From positions 70,060 to 134,059 of the forward strand of contig DATMAN010000031.1 in the NCBI GenBank assembly GCA_035560005.1: a stretch of 64,000 nt of DNA, written 5' to 3'. This document shows positions 26,336-35,648 of this stretch, one piece after another. This DNA is from Burkholderiales bacterium (GTDB taxonomy: Bacteria > Pseudomonadota > Gammaproteobacteria > Burkholderiales > Eutrophovitaceae). Numbering within the stretch: position 1 is the stretch's first letter; the number at the start of each line of letters is the position of its first letter. Under the pieces are notes generated by a model, which did not search any database, had not been told where the DNA came from, and worked only from the letters and a program-made list of their open reading frames with translations. A program made the translations under genes and the position numbers.

Positions 26336-26746
26336 ATGAAGACTACCCTTGTACCCGGCCTTGCGTTGCTGCTCGCCGCCGGCCCCGCGCTGGCGCTCGA
26401 CGTCGAGGCCTACATCGATGGGCCGTTGCTCAAGCGCGAGCGGGTCATCGAGTTCGTCGGGAAACGGATCGGCGGGGCCGTGGCCAGGATGCCGGGCCTG
26501 GAAGAAGGCGGCCGTCATCGTCTGTTTGTCCGCGTGATCTCCGAGCGCACGGGACCCGGCAGCCGGTTCTCGTCGCTGGTGGACATCGAGTTGCAACGGC
26601 AGGTGATCGAGCAGGACACCGGCAACATCTATTGGGCGATGCTGCGCTCCGGGACCGCGTGGGGCAGCGTTCCCTCCGAGACGGAGTTGTGGCAGTGGAT
26701 CGCCGATTTGATCGAGCAGAAGGTCAACCTCTGGCCCGCGCACTGA
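26336..26746 (+). CDS. Small secreted hypothetical protein
   Basis: Signal peptide MKTTLVPGLALLLAAGPALA. Third-position G+C is consistent with coding. Confidence 0.6.
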   Translation: MKTTLVPGLALLLAAGPALALDVEAYIDGPLLKRERVIEFVGKRIGGAVARMPGLEEGGRHRLFVRVISERTGPGSRFSSLVDIELQRQVIEQDTGNIYWAMLRSGTAWGSVPSETELWQWIADLIEQKVNLWPAH

Positions 26747-26768
26747 AGGGTCCGGAAGGCATCGGCAC

Positions 26769-27581
26769 ATGCGCCCCCCCTTGCTGCGTGTAGCCATCGC
26801 CGGGCTGGGTGCGGTCGGCAAGGTGGTCGCGCGCAAGCTCGACGCAGGCATGCCGGGGTTGACGCTGAGCGCGGTTGCGGTGCGCGATGCGCGGCTCGCC
26901 GAGCGCTTCATCCAGACCTTGTCGCGGCGCCCGCCCGTCGTCGCGCTGGAGGCACTCGCGCAGTGCGCCGATATCGTGGTGGAGTGCGCACCAGCGCAGC
27001 TGCTCGCGCGGATTGCGGAACCGACCCTGGCGGCGGGAAAGAAGGTGGTGGTGCTGTCGGCGGGTGCGCTGCTCGCCAATCCGCAGCTCGAGCGCATCGC
27101 TGCACGCAACGGCGGGCAGATCCTGGTGCCGACTGGGGCGCTGATCGGGCTCGACGCGGTGCTTGCCGCCGCCGAAGGCCAAATTCACACGGTGCGCCTG
27201 GTCACGCGCAAACCGCCGAAGAGTCTCGAAGGCGCGCCCATGCTCGTCGAGAAGGGCGTCGACCTGTCGGATCTTCAGGCGCCCCTCAAGGTGTTCTCGG
27301 GCAGCGCGCGCGAGGCGGCGACCGGTTTCCCGGCCAATCTCAACGTGGCGGCGGCGCTCGCGCTCGCCGGAATCGGTCCCGAGAGGACCGAAGTGGAGGT
27401 CTGGGCCGACCCGGCGGTCACGCGCAACACCCACCACCTCGAGGTCGAGTCGGATGCGGCCCGCTTCAGCATGACCATCGAGAACATTCCCTCCGAGAAT
27501 CCGAAGACGGGGCGCATCACGGCACAAAGCGTGGTTGCCTTGCTGCGCAAGCTGACCGCGCCGGTTCGCATCGGCACTTGA
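26769..27581 (+). CDS. nadX: L-aspartate dehydrogenase (NadX-type)
   Basis: Rossmann motif VAIAGLGAVG. ..VVECA..GALIGLDA..FPANLNVAAALALAG..W.DP..RN.H. Family-typical length of 270 aa. Confidence 0.85.
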   Translation: MRPPLLRVAIAGLGAVGKVVARKLDAGMPGLTLSAVAVRDARLAERFIQTLSRRPPVVALEALAQCADIVVECAPAQLLARIAEPTLAAGKKVVVLSAGALLANPQLERIAARNGGQILVPTGALIGLDAVLAAAEGQIHTVRLVTRKPPKSLEGAPMLVEKGVDLSDLQAPLKVFSGSAREAATGFPANLNVAAALALAGIGPERTEVEVWADPAVTRNTHHLEVESDAARFSMTIENIPSENPKTGRITAQSVVALLRKLTAPVRIGT

Positions 27582-27593
27582 CCGGACGCGCGC

Positions 27594-28628
27594 TCAGGCG
27601 ATCGCGCCGCCGGGATGGCGGTCCTTGTTCTGGCGCTCGAACATCCAGCCAGGATATTCGGCCGGGAGTCGGCTCACTGCGTCGAGCGTCTGCAATTCGG
27701 ATTGCGACAAGCGCAGGTCGGCTGCGGCGATATTGTCGGCAAGCTGGGCCTGCGTCTTGGCGCCGATGATCACGCTCGCCACGGCCGGCTGCTGCAGCAG
27801 CCACGCCAGCGCCACGCGGGCTACCGACACGCCGTGCGCCTGCGCGATCGGGCGCATGGCCTGCACGCACTTGAACGCGCGCTGCCGGTCCACGGGCGGG
27901 AAGTCGAAGGTCGTGCGCCGCGCATCGGGCGGGCCTTCGGCGCCTTCGGCGAACTTGCCCGAGAGCAGCCCGCCTGCCAGCGGGCTCCATACCAGAATCC
28001 CGAGCCCCTGATCGAGCGCGAGCGGCACGATCTCGCGTTCGATGTCGCGCCCGGCCAGCGAATAGTAGGCCTGGATGCTCTCGAAACGGCTCCAGCCGCG
28101 CCGATCGGAAATGGCCAGCGCCTTCATGATCTGCCAGGCCGCATGGTTGCTCACGCCGAGGTAGCGCACCTTGCCGGAGCGGACCAGATCTTCCAGTGCC
28201 CGCAGCGTCTCTTCCAGCGGCGTCAGCAGATCCTGGCCGTGGATCTGGTACAGATCGATGTGATCGACCTGCAGCCGGCGCAGACTGGCTTCCGCCGCAT
28301 CCATGATGTGAGCGCGCGACAGGCCGACCTGGTTGGGGCCGGGTCCCATTCGGATCCGGACTTTGGTGGCGATGACCAGCTCGTCTCGCGGCAGCCCGAG
28401 ACTTTTCAACGCCTGTCCGAGCAGTGCCTCCGAGTCGCCCTCCGAGTAGACATTCGCCGTGTCGATGAAATTGATGCCGGCATCGAACGCAGCCCTGACC
28501 TGGGCTTCGACTTCGGCAAGGCCGAGCTGGCCGATCGGCCGCCAGCGACCCTTGCCGCCGTAGGTCATGGTGCCGAGGCAGATTTCGGAAACGAACAGGC
28601 CGGTGCGGCCGAGCACGCGATAGCGCAT
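27594..28628 (-). CDS. Aldo/keto reductase
   Basis: MRYRVLGRTGLFVSEICLGTMTYGG..INFIDTANVYS..DLYQIHG.. GGAGG RBS. Confidence 0.9.
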   Translation of the reverse strand: MRYRVLGRTGLFVSEICLGTMTYGGKGRWRPIGQLGLAEVEAQVRAAFDAGINFIDTANVYSEGDSEALLGQALKSLGLPRDELVIATKVRIRMGPGPNQVGLSRAHIMDAAEASLRRLQVDHIDLYQIHGQDLLTPLEETLRALEDLVRSGKVRYLGVSNHAAWQIMKALAISDRRGWSRFESIQAYYSLAGRDIEREIVPLALDQGLGILVWSPLAGGLLSGKFAEGAEGPPDARRTTFDFPPVDRQRAFKCVQAMRPIAQAHGVSVARVALAWLLQQPAVASVIIGAKTQAQLADNIAAADLRLSQSELQTLDAVSRLPAEYPGWMFERQNKDRHPGGAIA

Positions 28629-28739
28629 GAAACCTCCGGTGATGGACTGTCTTGCGTTTGCCGCTCTTGCTTGGTTCTCGCTCCTCCCCGCTTGTGAACA
28701 GAGGCGCGGTGCAGCGCAGACCCCGTGTTTGGTTTCTCT

Positions 28740-29510
28740 TTATAGCGCCTTCCGAAAAGTGAGGTTGATCCGGCAGCGCCCGGTGAGTGGATCCACGCCG
28801 TCGGGCAGCCTGTCCACACCGTGGAAGAAGAGCCGCGCCGGCCCGCCCCACACGGCGACATCGCCGCTGGCCATCCACACGGGGCGGGGGCGGATGGTGC
28901 GGCGCGGTCCGCCGAACAGGAACCGCGCGGGCAGGCCGAGCGATACCGACACGATGGGAGCGGAGAAGTCGCGCTCGTTGCGATCCTGGTGCAGAGTGAG
29001 GCGCGTGCCGGGCTCGTAGCGATTGATCAGGCAGGCATCGGGAGCGAAGCCCGGAAACCCGCCGCACGCGGCGGCGCGCACGGCCAGGTCGCGCAACAGC
29101 TCCGGCATTGCGGGCCACGGCAAGCCGGTCTCCGGGTCGTATGCGACGTAACGGTAGCCGCTTCGATCGGTCACCCATCCGGCGTGGCCGCAGTTGGTCA
29201 TCGCTACCGACATGCGGTTTCCGCCCGGCGTGACCATGTGGCGGAACGGCGCCTGTGCGGCAATCTCTCCCACCGCGCGCACCAGTGCGGGCGCCGCCTC
29301 CGCCGCGAAGCGGCGCAACACGATCGCTCCCGCGCAGAGTCGTTCGATACCCCGGCCGCCCTGGGCTGCGGTCAACGAGTCGCCGGTGGGCGCGCCGCGC
29401 GAGGCTCTCATGCCGCGTCGTGGAAGATGCACCTTCTCGTTCGGGGCTGCCTGCCGGGCGATCGCGGGCGGCGTCTCGGCCGTACTTCGCTGGCGCAACG
29501 CAGTGCTCAT
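28740..29510 (-). CDS. alkB: Alpha-ketoglutarate-dependent dioxygenase AlkB (DNA/RNA alkylation repair)
   Basis: Near-colinear with E. coli AlkB: AGAIVLRRFA..PFRHMVTPGG..MSVAMTNCG..PDACLINRYEPG..LHQD..PIVSVSLG..WGG..RLFFHG. The start overlaps the ada stop (ATGA). An internal ATG (MRASRG) is an alternative start. Confidence 0.85.
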   Translation of the reverse strand: MSTALRQRSTAETPPAIARQAAPNEKVHLPRRGMRASRGAPTGDSLTAAQGGRGIERLCAGAIVLRRFAAEAAPALVRAVGEIAAQAPFRHMVTPGGNRMSVAMTNCGHAGWVTDRSGYRYVAYDPETGLPWPAMPELLRDLAVRAAACGGFPGFAPDACLINRYEPGTRLTLHQDRNERDFSAPIVSVSLGLPARFLFGGPRRTIRPRPVWMASGDVAVWGGPARLFFHGVDRLPDGVDPLTGRCRINLTFRKAL

Positions 29511-30592
29511 CGCCGTTCGCGTTCGAGCAGTGCTCGCTTGCGCTCCACGCCCCAGCGATAACCGGCGAGCGCGCCGTCGTTGCGCACCACCCGATGACAC
29601 GGAATGGCCACGGCGAGCGGGTTCGCGGCACAGGCCCGAGCGACCGCGCGCGCGGCACGCGGCGCACCGACGCGCCTGGCGATTTCGGCGTAGGTGGCGG
29701 TGGCGCCGGGCGGGATCTTGCGCAGCGCCTGCCATACCCGCTGCTGGAACGCGGTGCCCCGCACGTCCAGCGGCAGATCGAGACCGATGCGCGGCGCTTC
29801 GACGAAACCGATCACCCGGGCGACCCATTGTTCGAAGTCGCGATCGCCGCCGGCCAGTTGCGCTCTGGGGAAGCGTGCCTGCAGATCGCGTACCAGCGGC
29901 TCCGGATCGCCGCCGAGCAGGATCGCACACACGCCTTTCTCGGTGGCGGCGACGAGAATGGCACCGAGAGAGCATTCGCCGACGGCGAAACGGATGCAAG
30001 TCCCTGCTCCACCGGCGCGAAAGCGCGACGGAGTCATGCCCAGCACCTCGGCGCAGGCGGCATAGAAGCGCCCGCTGGAGTTGAACCCGGCTGCGTAGAT
30101 CGCCTCGGTCACGGTTTCGCTGCGCGGCAGTTGCGCGCGCGCACGCTGCGCCCGCTGCGCGTTCGCGTAAGCCTTGGGTGTCAGCCCGGTGAGGGCCTTG
30201 AACACGCGATGGAAATGGAACCGACTCATGCCCGCGGCCGCGGCCAGCGCCTGGAGCCGGGGCGGCTCTTCGGAGGCCTGGATCAGGCGGCAGGCCGCCG
30301 TGACCGCCGCCGCGTGCTGCTCGGCCAGTGCCGGCTGATCGGGGCGGCAGCGCTTGCAAGGGCGCAGGCCCGCCTGCTCGGCCTGCGCGCGCGTGGGATA
30401 AAAGCTCACGTTCTCCCGCCGCGGCAGTCGTGCGGCGCACGAAGGGCGGCAGTACACGCCGGTGGTAGTCACACCATAGTAGAACAGGCCGTCCGCGCTG
30501 GCGTCACGGCGCCGCACCGCCGCCCAGCGCTCGCTGTCGGTCGACAAACGCTCTGGGTCCGTGGTGGTATTCGTGGCCGGAAAATTCATCAT
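29507..30592 (-). CDS. ada: Bifunctional Ada: methylphosphotriester-DNA methyltransferase/AraC-type regulator + O6-methylguanine-DNA methyltransferase
   Basis: N-terminal Zn cluster (YCRPSC..CKRC), AraC HTH, and C-terminal active site IPCHRVV. AGGAG RBS. Confidence 0.9.
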   Translation of the reverse strand: MMNFPATNTTTDPERLSTDSERWAAVRRRDASADGLFYYGVTTTGVYCRPSCAARLPRRENVSFYPTRAQAEQAGLRPCKRCRPDQPALAEQHAAAVTAACRLIQASEEPPRLQALAAAAGMSRFHFHRVFKALTGLTPKAYANAQRAQRARAQLPRSETVTEAIYAAGFNSSGRFYAACAEVLGMTPSRFRAGGAGTCIRFAVGECSLGAILVAATEKGVCAILLGGDPEPLVRDLQARFPRAQLAGGDRDFEQWVARVIGFVEAPRIGLDLPLDVRGTAFQQRVWQALRKIPPGATATYAEIARRVGAPRAARAVARACAANPLAVAIPCHRVVRNDGALAGYRWGVERKRALLERERR

Positions 30593-30689
30593 CTGCTCCT
30601 TTGTCCTGGCGCGGCCGGTCGGCCGGCGTCGACGCCCATTGTGCGGATTTCGCGGAGGGAGCCACTCCGCTTCTTGCTCTCGAATTTCG

Positions 30690-31316
30690 CTACGGGCCTT
30701 CGCGGATCGCCTCGACCGAGATGCTCAGGCGCACTTCGTCGCTGATCATCGTGAGGTACTCGTCCAGGCCGAATTCGGCACGGTTCAGGGTCGCGTGAAG
30801 GTCGCCGCCGCACACGAAGCGTTTGAGCGCCAGGATCTTGACCTCCTTGCACACGAACCGCTCGGCGCTGAGGCGCAGCGGCCGGGTCACCCCTCGCAGC
30901 GTCAATTCGCCCTCGAACTCGGTCGGTACTCCGTCGTGGAACTGCACGGCCCGTGCGGAGAAGCGGGCACTCCTGTGGCGCGCCACATCGAAGAACAGCT
31001 CGCCGCTCAACGTCGCATCGAGCTTCTTGACGCCGGTGTCCAGAGTGCGCAGATCGATCTCCACCGCGACCTCGGCGCTTTGCCGCTCGGCATCGAGCGT
31101 TGCTGTTCCCTTCGCCCCTCCCACCCGGCCGCGGACCGAGGATACACCGGTGTGCAGCACCGCGAAGTGCACGAAGGTGTGGTCGGGATCGATCCGGTAA
31201 CGCTCGACCGCAGCCGATGCGGTGCACCAGGCCGCCGCCGTCAGACAAAAGACCACGCTGCCTTGGATGCGGCGCAGACGCCGCGGATCAGCGAGCCCGG
31301 GGGCAGCTTCGATCAT
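30690..31316 (-). CDS. YceI family periplasmic protein
   Basis: Signal peptide, then YRIDPDHTFVHFAVLHTGVSSVRGRV..F.G.LTLRGVTRP. Confidence 0.85.
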   Translation of the reverse strand: MIEAAPGLADPRRLRRIQGSVVFCLTAAAWCTASAAVERYRIDPDHTFVHFAVLHTGVSSVRGRVGGAKGTATLDAERQSAEVAVEIDLRTLDTGVKKLDATLSGELFFDVARHRSARFSARAVQFHDGVPTEFEGELTLRGVTRPLRLSAERFVCKEVKILALKRFVCGGDLHATLNRAEFGLDEYLTMISDEVRLSISVEAIREGP

Positions 31317-31344
31317 CGCCGGAATCGAGTCGTGCCGCGCGCGC

Positions 31345-32118
31345 TCAGCGGACCAGATCGCGATAGGCGTGCCAAGTGGCGTGTCCCAGCAGCGGCAGCA
31401 CGATGACCAGGCCGAACAGGAACGTGGCGAAGCCGACCGCCGTGAGCAGCGCAATGATCGCGGCCCACAGCAGCATGGCCGAGGGATTCGCGCCGACCGC
31501 GCGCAGGCTGGTGAGCACGGCCTCGCTGGTGCCCGAGCCGCGGTCGAACAGCATCGGCGCCGAGACACAAGAGAGGACAAACGCCACCGCGGCGAATACC
31601 GCGCCGGTGCTCAGGTAGGTCGCCACGAAGCCGTAATGCTGCCAGTCGACGATGGTCTGGTAGAACGTCTCCCGCACCGAAGGCAGGGTGCCGCCGAATG
31701 CCTGCACGAACAGCAGTCTGGATGTCGCCACCCAGGCGATCGCCAGGACCGCGAGGATCAGGCCCAGCCGCGCCAGCGATCTCGCGTTCCTCAGCGCGCC
31801 TTCGAGCGCCGCGTCGAACGTTGCCGGCCGTCCCTCGGCACGCAGGCGCGACAACTCATAGAACGCCGCGGCGAATACCGGACCCACCAGCAGGAAGCCA
31901 GACACCGCCGCGGCCAGCAGGTCGATCTGCGTGCTGCACAACAGGAGGATCAGCCATCCGAGAGACACGAACAGCAGGCCGTGTGCGATGCTCGGTCCGG
32001 GATTGGCGGTGAGATCGCTCCAGCCGAGCTTGAGCCAGCGCAGGGGCCGCGACGTTTGCACGCGGGCCACCGGCCGCAATCCAGGTGCATGCGAGAACGC
32101 AGGAATGGGCTTGTCCAT
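31345..32118 (-). CDS. Integral membrane protein (DUF2189-like)
   Basis: WLKLGWSDL..GLLFVSLGWLI.. Several transmembrane segments. The family call is from memory. Confidence 0.7.
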   Translation of the reverse strand: MDKPIPAFSHAPGLRPVARVQTSRPLRWLKLGWSDLTANPGPSIAHGLLFVSLGWLILLLCSTQIDLLAAAVSGFLLVGPVFAAAFYELSRLRAEGRPATFDAALEGALRNARSLARLGLILAVLAIAWVATSRLLFVQAFGGTLPSVRETFYQTIVDWQHYGFVATYLSTGAVFAAVAFVLSCVSAPMLFDRGSGTSEAVLTSLRAVGANPSAMLLWAAIIALLTAVGFATFLFGLVIVLPLLGHATWHAYRDLVR

Positions 32119-32233
32119 GATTGTTTCCCCTCGGCTGGCATGCGCCGGCCCGTACCGATTCGGCTGGCGCCAAGTTTAGTCGTTTGACGGCGGCTCGTGC
32201 CAGGAAATTCCTTCACTGCCCCGGCGTGCGGGA

Positions 32234-33040
32234 TCAGACCGCGACGGTCAGTGCCGGGTCGAACAGGGCGTTCTCGTATTTCACCCACGTCGCCACCGCC
32301 CCGCTGCGCGCCTGCGGCCAGTTGGAAGTGCGGTATCCCATCGGATTGGCGACGATGCGCGTGCCGTTCACCCGGTAGTCGAAGCTGTCGTGGGTGTGAC
32401 CGTGGATCCACAGGTCGGAGCGGCCCAGCAAGCGCGTAAGGTCGGAGACGAACGCCGCACTGCTGAGGTGAGCGGCCCAGCGCGGATGCACGCTCGCGGG
32501 ATGCGGAGCGTGGTGCGTGACGACCACGGTCTTGCCGCGGAATGCACGGGCGAGGCACTCCTCGAGAAACGCCACGGCCGCGCGATGCAGTGTGATGCTG
32601 CGCTCGGGCGTGAAAAGCGTGTGCCGGTCCCAGCGGATGGCGCGAAAGTCCACGACGTACTTCAACGATTCGGCCAGCGCTGCCTCCTTCTGCTGCCGTC
32701 CGAAAAGCTCGAAGTCGGTCCACAACGTCGCGCCGATGAAGCGCACGTCGCCCACAACGAGTTGCGCATTGTCTAGCAGGCGCACGTTGGGACTGCGCTT
32801 CGCGCGCGCCCTTAACGCCGCGGCGACGGCGGGCAGCTCCGCCTCGTAATATTCGTGGTTGCCGGGGACGTAGATGACCGTGCGGTCGGAGAACGCTCGT
32901 TCGGCCCAGTCGATCGCCCGCGTGCCGTTGTCGATGTCTCCCGCCAGCACGACGACCTCGGCGTCGGCTTCCGGCGGTTCGAACGGCGGATGCCGGTCGG
33001 AAAACTCCAGGTGCAGGTCGGAAAGAACGCGGATCCTCAT
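32234..33040 (-). CDS. Metallophosphoesterase
   Basis: MRIRVLSDLHLEF..VVLAGDI..VPGNHEYY..THH. Confidence 0.85.
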   Translation of the reverse strand: MRIRVLSDLHLEFSDRHPPFEPPEADAEVVVLAGDIDNGTRAIDWAERAFSDRTVIYVPGNHEYYEAELPAVAAALRARAKRSPNVRLLDNAQLVVGDVRFIGATLWTDFELFGRQQKEAALAESLKYVVDFRAIRWDRHTLFTPERSITLHRAAVAFLEECLARAFRGKTVVVTHHAPHPASVHPRWAAHLSSAAFVSDLTRLLGRSDLWIHGHTHDSFDYRVNGTRIVANPMGYRTSNWPQARSGAVATWVKYENALFDPALTVAV

Positions 33041-33044
33041 CGCG

Positions 33045-34517
33045 CTAGGCGCGCGAGCCGCCGTTCCACGCGAGCAGGTTCAAAAATTCCCGGCGAGTCT
33101 TCGGGCCGTAGGTGAGATAGTGCGGCTCGGGCCGCTCGAGATAGGCGAGGCGCTCGCGGGCGATTCGGTCCGTCCGGGTGCGCATCTTCACTTCCTCGGC
33201 GCTGATCCGGTACGGCCGGGTGGCGTTCAGGCCGAAGATCTTGGCGCGCAGTTGCGGCGTGATCTGCGGATAGCCGTAGGCCGCGCGAAACTGCTCGGAG
33301 ATCTGGAACGCGCGGAAGGCCTGAATCTGGTCCTGCGGCGAGCCGTACCAGATCGAGTCCGTTCCCCACAGGACGTTGTTCTCTCCGCAGTACTTGAGCA
33401 GCTTGCCGAGCACGTGCGCGGCCTGTTCGGGTTCACGCATCAGGAAGCGCCACGTGCTGCCCAGCTCGGCGTAGACGTTGCTGTTCGGCGGGACTTCGTT
33501 CTCGATCAGGGAACGGATGAGCGTGTCGACGCCGTCGCCAGAGCCATTGCCCACGTACGGTCCCTCGCGGTGACCGGTGACAAATCCCGAGTGGTAGACG
33601 AGAAAGCTCACGTCGGGAAAGCGCTTCGCCACCACCCCGATGTCCGAGCACTGGCTGTGCTCGTAGGAGCGCCTGCCGAACGGCAGGCCCTTGTGAATGC
33701 AGATGACCTTGACGCCGAGCGCGCGCGCCTTCTCGATGAAGCGCATGCCGACATCGTCCGAAAGAAAATAGCCTCTGCCGTCCGGGCCCCATTGCGTGTA
33801 CGTCTTCCAGGCGCAGACGTCCCAGCGTGACTTCAGCTCGTCCATCGATTCGAGGTCGCCCGGCTGGTTCGGATTGACTCGCCCGTGGAGCATCAGTCGG
33901 TGCATGCCTTCCATGCGGTCCACGATGCGACGCACCGCGTCGGCGGCCTGGATGGTGACCGGCTCGGCGTCGCGCCGCGAGGGCACGAACGACAGCACCA
34001 TCATGTCCGTGTCGCTGTCGAGGAAAACGTCCTTGACGAATTCGTCGGGCCCGAGACAGGCGAGATGGCTGCGCGGACCCGGCCTGTCGGCCAGCGCGCA
34101 TGCGGCCTTGGGCGCCCACTTGAAGGCTTCGGGCGGTGCGCTCTTGACCCACGCCCCGCTCGGGTCGACAAAATGTCCCTGAACATCGAAGATGAATTCG
34201 TCGCCGTCGAGTCTGGCTTGTGCGAGCCGGGGTTCCAGCGCGGCTTCGGTTTCCAATTCGAAGAAGCCGCCGCACCTTCCCGCGCGGGCTTGGGCGGCGT
34301 TGAACGCGAGCAGCGTGCTCGCAACTCCGCAGGCGGAAACGAGAAAGTCGCGCCGGTTCATCCCCAGGCGCTTTGCGTTGCGCGTGGCCGCCTCGTGCGC
34401 CAGCGCCTTGGCGGCGCGCTGGACGGGCGCCAGCGGAACCGGCTCGAACTCGCCGTTCGAGGTCGCGTCGAGCTTGATCGGCAGGCGCCGTCCTTCGGGA
34501 TCGATCCGGTGTCGCAC
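33045..34517 (-). CDS. Amidohydrolase family protein with Tat-type signal
   Basis: Tat motif MNRRDFLVSACGVASTLLAF at ATG 34361. The in-frame 52 codons upstream (GTG 34517; RIDPEGRRLPIKLDATSNGEFEPVPL..) have coding-like third-position G+C, so the longer model is given. 34361 is the conservative alternative start. Confidence 0.75.
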   Translation of the reverse strand: MRHRIDPEGRRLPIKLDATSNGEFEPVPLAPVQRAAKALAHEAATRNAKRLGMNRRDFLVSACGVASTLLAFNAAQARAGRCGGFFELETEAALEPRLAQARLDGDEFIFDVQGHFVDPSGAWVKSAPPEAFKWAPKAACALADRPGPRSHLACLGPDEFVKDVFLDSDTDMMVLSFVPSRRDAEPVTIQAADAVRRIVDRMEGMHRLMLHGRVNPNQPGDLESMDELKSRWDVCAWKTYTQWGPDGRGYFLSDDVGMRFIEKARALGVKVICIHKGLPFGRRSYEHSQCSDIGVVAKRFPDVSFLVYHSGFVTGHREGPYVGNGSGDGVDTLIRSLIENEVPPNSNVYAELGSTWRFLMREPEQAAHVLGKLLKYCGENNVLWGTDSIWYGSPQDQIQAFRAFQISEQFRAAYGYPQITPQLRAKIFGLNATRPYRISAEEVKMRTRTDRIARERLAYLERPEPHYLTYGPKTRREFLNLLAWNGGSRA

Positions 34518-34570
34518 GAACCCAGTATAGTCCCGTTCCCGGGGAAGCGGCCGGCAACGGCGGATTCGAT

Positions 34571-35581
34571 TCACGGCTTCGCGTCGGGCCCGATGGGATC
34601 GTGGCGAACGGGGAGGATTGCCGGATTCAGAACGCGGATCGGATGGCCGTCGAGAAACGCCAGGACATTCTCGATCGATTCGCGATAGAACTGATCGTAG
34701 ACCTCGCGCGTGCAATAGCCTTGGTGGGGCGTGAGCACCGTGTTCGGCAGGCGCAGCAACGGGTGGTCGGCGGGCAGCGGTTCGCGGTCGTAGACGTCGA
34801 GGGCGGCGATCAGCAGTCCCGCGCGCAGCCGTTCGATCAGCGCGGCTTCGTCGACCAGCGGACCGCGCGAAGTGTTGACCAGGATCGCGCCGGGTTTCAT
34901 GCACGCCAGCTCGGCGGCGCCCAGCAAACCGCGAGTACGTTCCGAAAGCACGACGTGCAGGGAGACGACATCGGACTGCTCCAGGAGCGCAGCCTTGTCG
35001 ACCGGCTGCGCGCCGGAAGCAACGGCTCTTTCGGTCGTGAGGTTGTGGCTCCAGGCGAGCACGCGCATGCCGAGCGCCTGGCCGTAGCGGGCCATGCGTG
35101 ATCCGATCTTGCCCAGGCCGATCACGCCCAGCGTTCTGCCCTCCAACACGAAGCCCGCGGGCAATCCACGCTGAAAACGGCCTTCGCGCATGGAGGCGTC
35201 TGCCGCGGGGATGAAGCGCGCGGCGGCGAGCAGCAGGCCCAGCGCCAGCTCGGCGGTCGCGGCGCTCGCACGTTCGCCGCCGGTATGACACACCACGATG
35301 CCGCGCGCGGTGCAGGCTTCGACATCCAGCGTCCAGCTGCGCGCGCCGGTGAGCGCGATCATGCGCAGCCGCGGCAGGCGATCGATCAGCGCCTTGGGAA
35401 ACGCGGTGCGCTCGCGCATCGCCATCAGGATGTCGAATCCGGCCAGCGCGCTTGCGACGGCTTCCGGTCCATCGAGCGCGCGCTCGAAGAAGACGACTTC
35501 GCCGCGGCTGTGCAATCGCGACCAGTCGGCGCTGTGCCGGGCGACGCCTTGCCAGTCGTCCAGTACAGCGATGCGCGTCAT
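34571..35581 (-). CDS. D-isomer-specific 2-hydroxyacid dehydrogenase family protein
   Basis: NAD motif GVIGLGKIGSRMA. ..NTSRG..D..TPH catalytic pattern. Confidence 0.9.
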   Translation of the reverse strand: MTRIAVLDDWQGVARHSADWSRLHSRGEVVFFERALDGPEAVASALAGFDILMAMRERTAFPKALIDRLPRLRMIALTGARSWTLDVEACTARGIVVCHTGGERASAATAELALGLLLAAARFIPAADASMREGRFQRGLPAGFVLEGRTLGVIGLGKIGSRMARYGQALGMRVLAWSHNLTTERAVASGAQPVDKAALLEQSDVVSLHVVLSERTRGLLGAAELACMKPGAILVNTSRGPLVDEAALIERLRAGLLIAALDVYDREPLPADHPLLRLPNTVLTPHQGYCTREVYDQFYRESIENVLAFLDGHPIRVLNPAILPVRHDPIGPDAKP

Positions 35582-35648
35582 GTACCGCTGGCTGGCCGAG
35601 GAGCGCCGCGCGAGGCGCCGCAATCTCCGGGTGCGTACGTTTTCCGCT

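Noticed and set aside
27517-29667. 716-aa minus-strand ORF, plus the 566-aa ORF at 28740-30440
   Set aside because: These are out-of-frame overlaps of the AKR, alkB and ada genes. Only the C-terminal part of the 566-aa ORF is real (AlkB, from ATG 29510).
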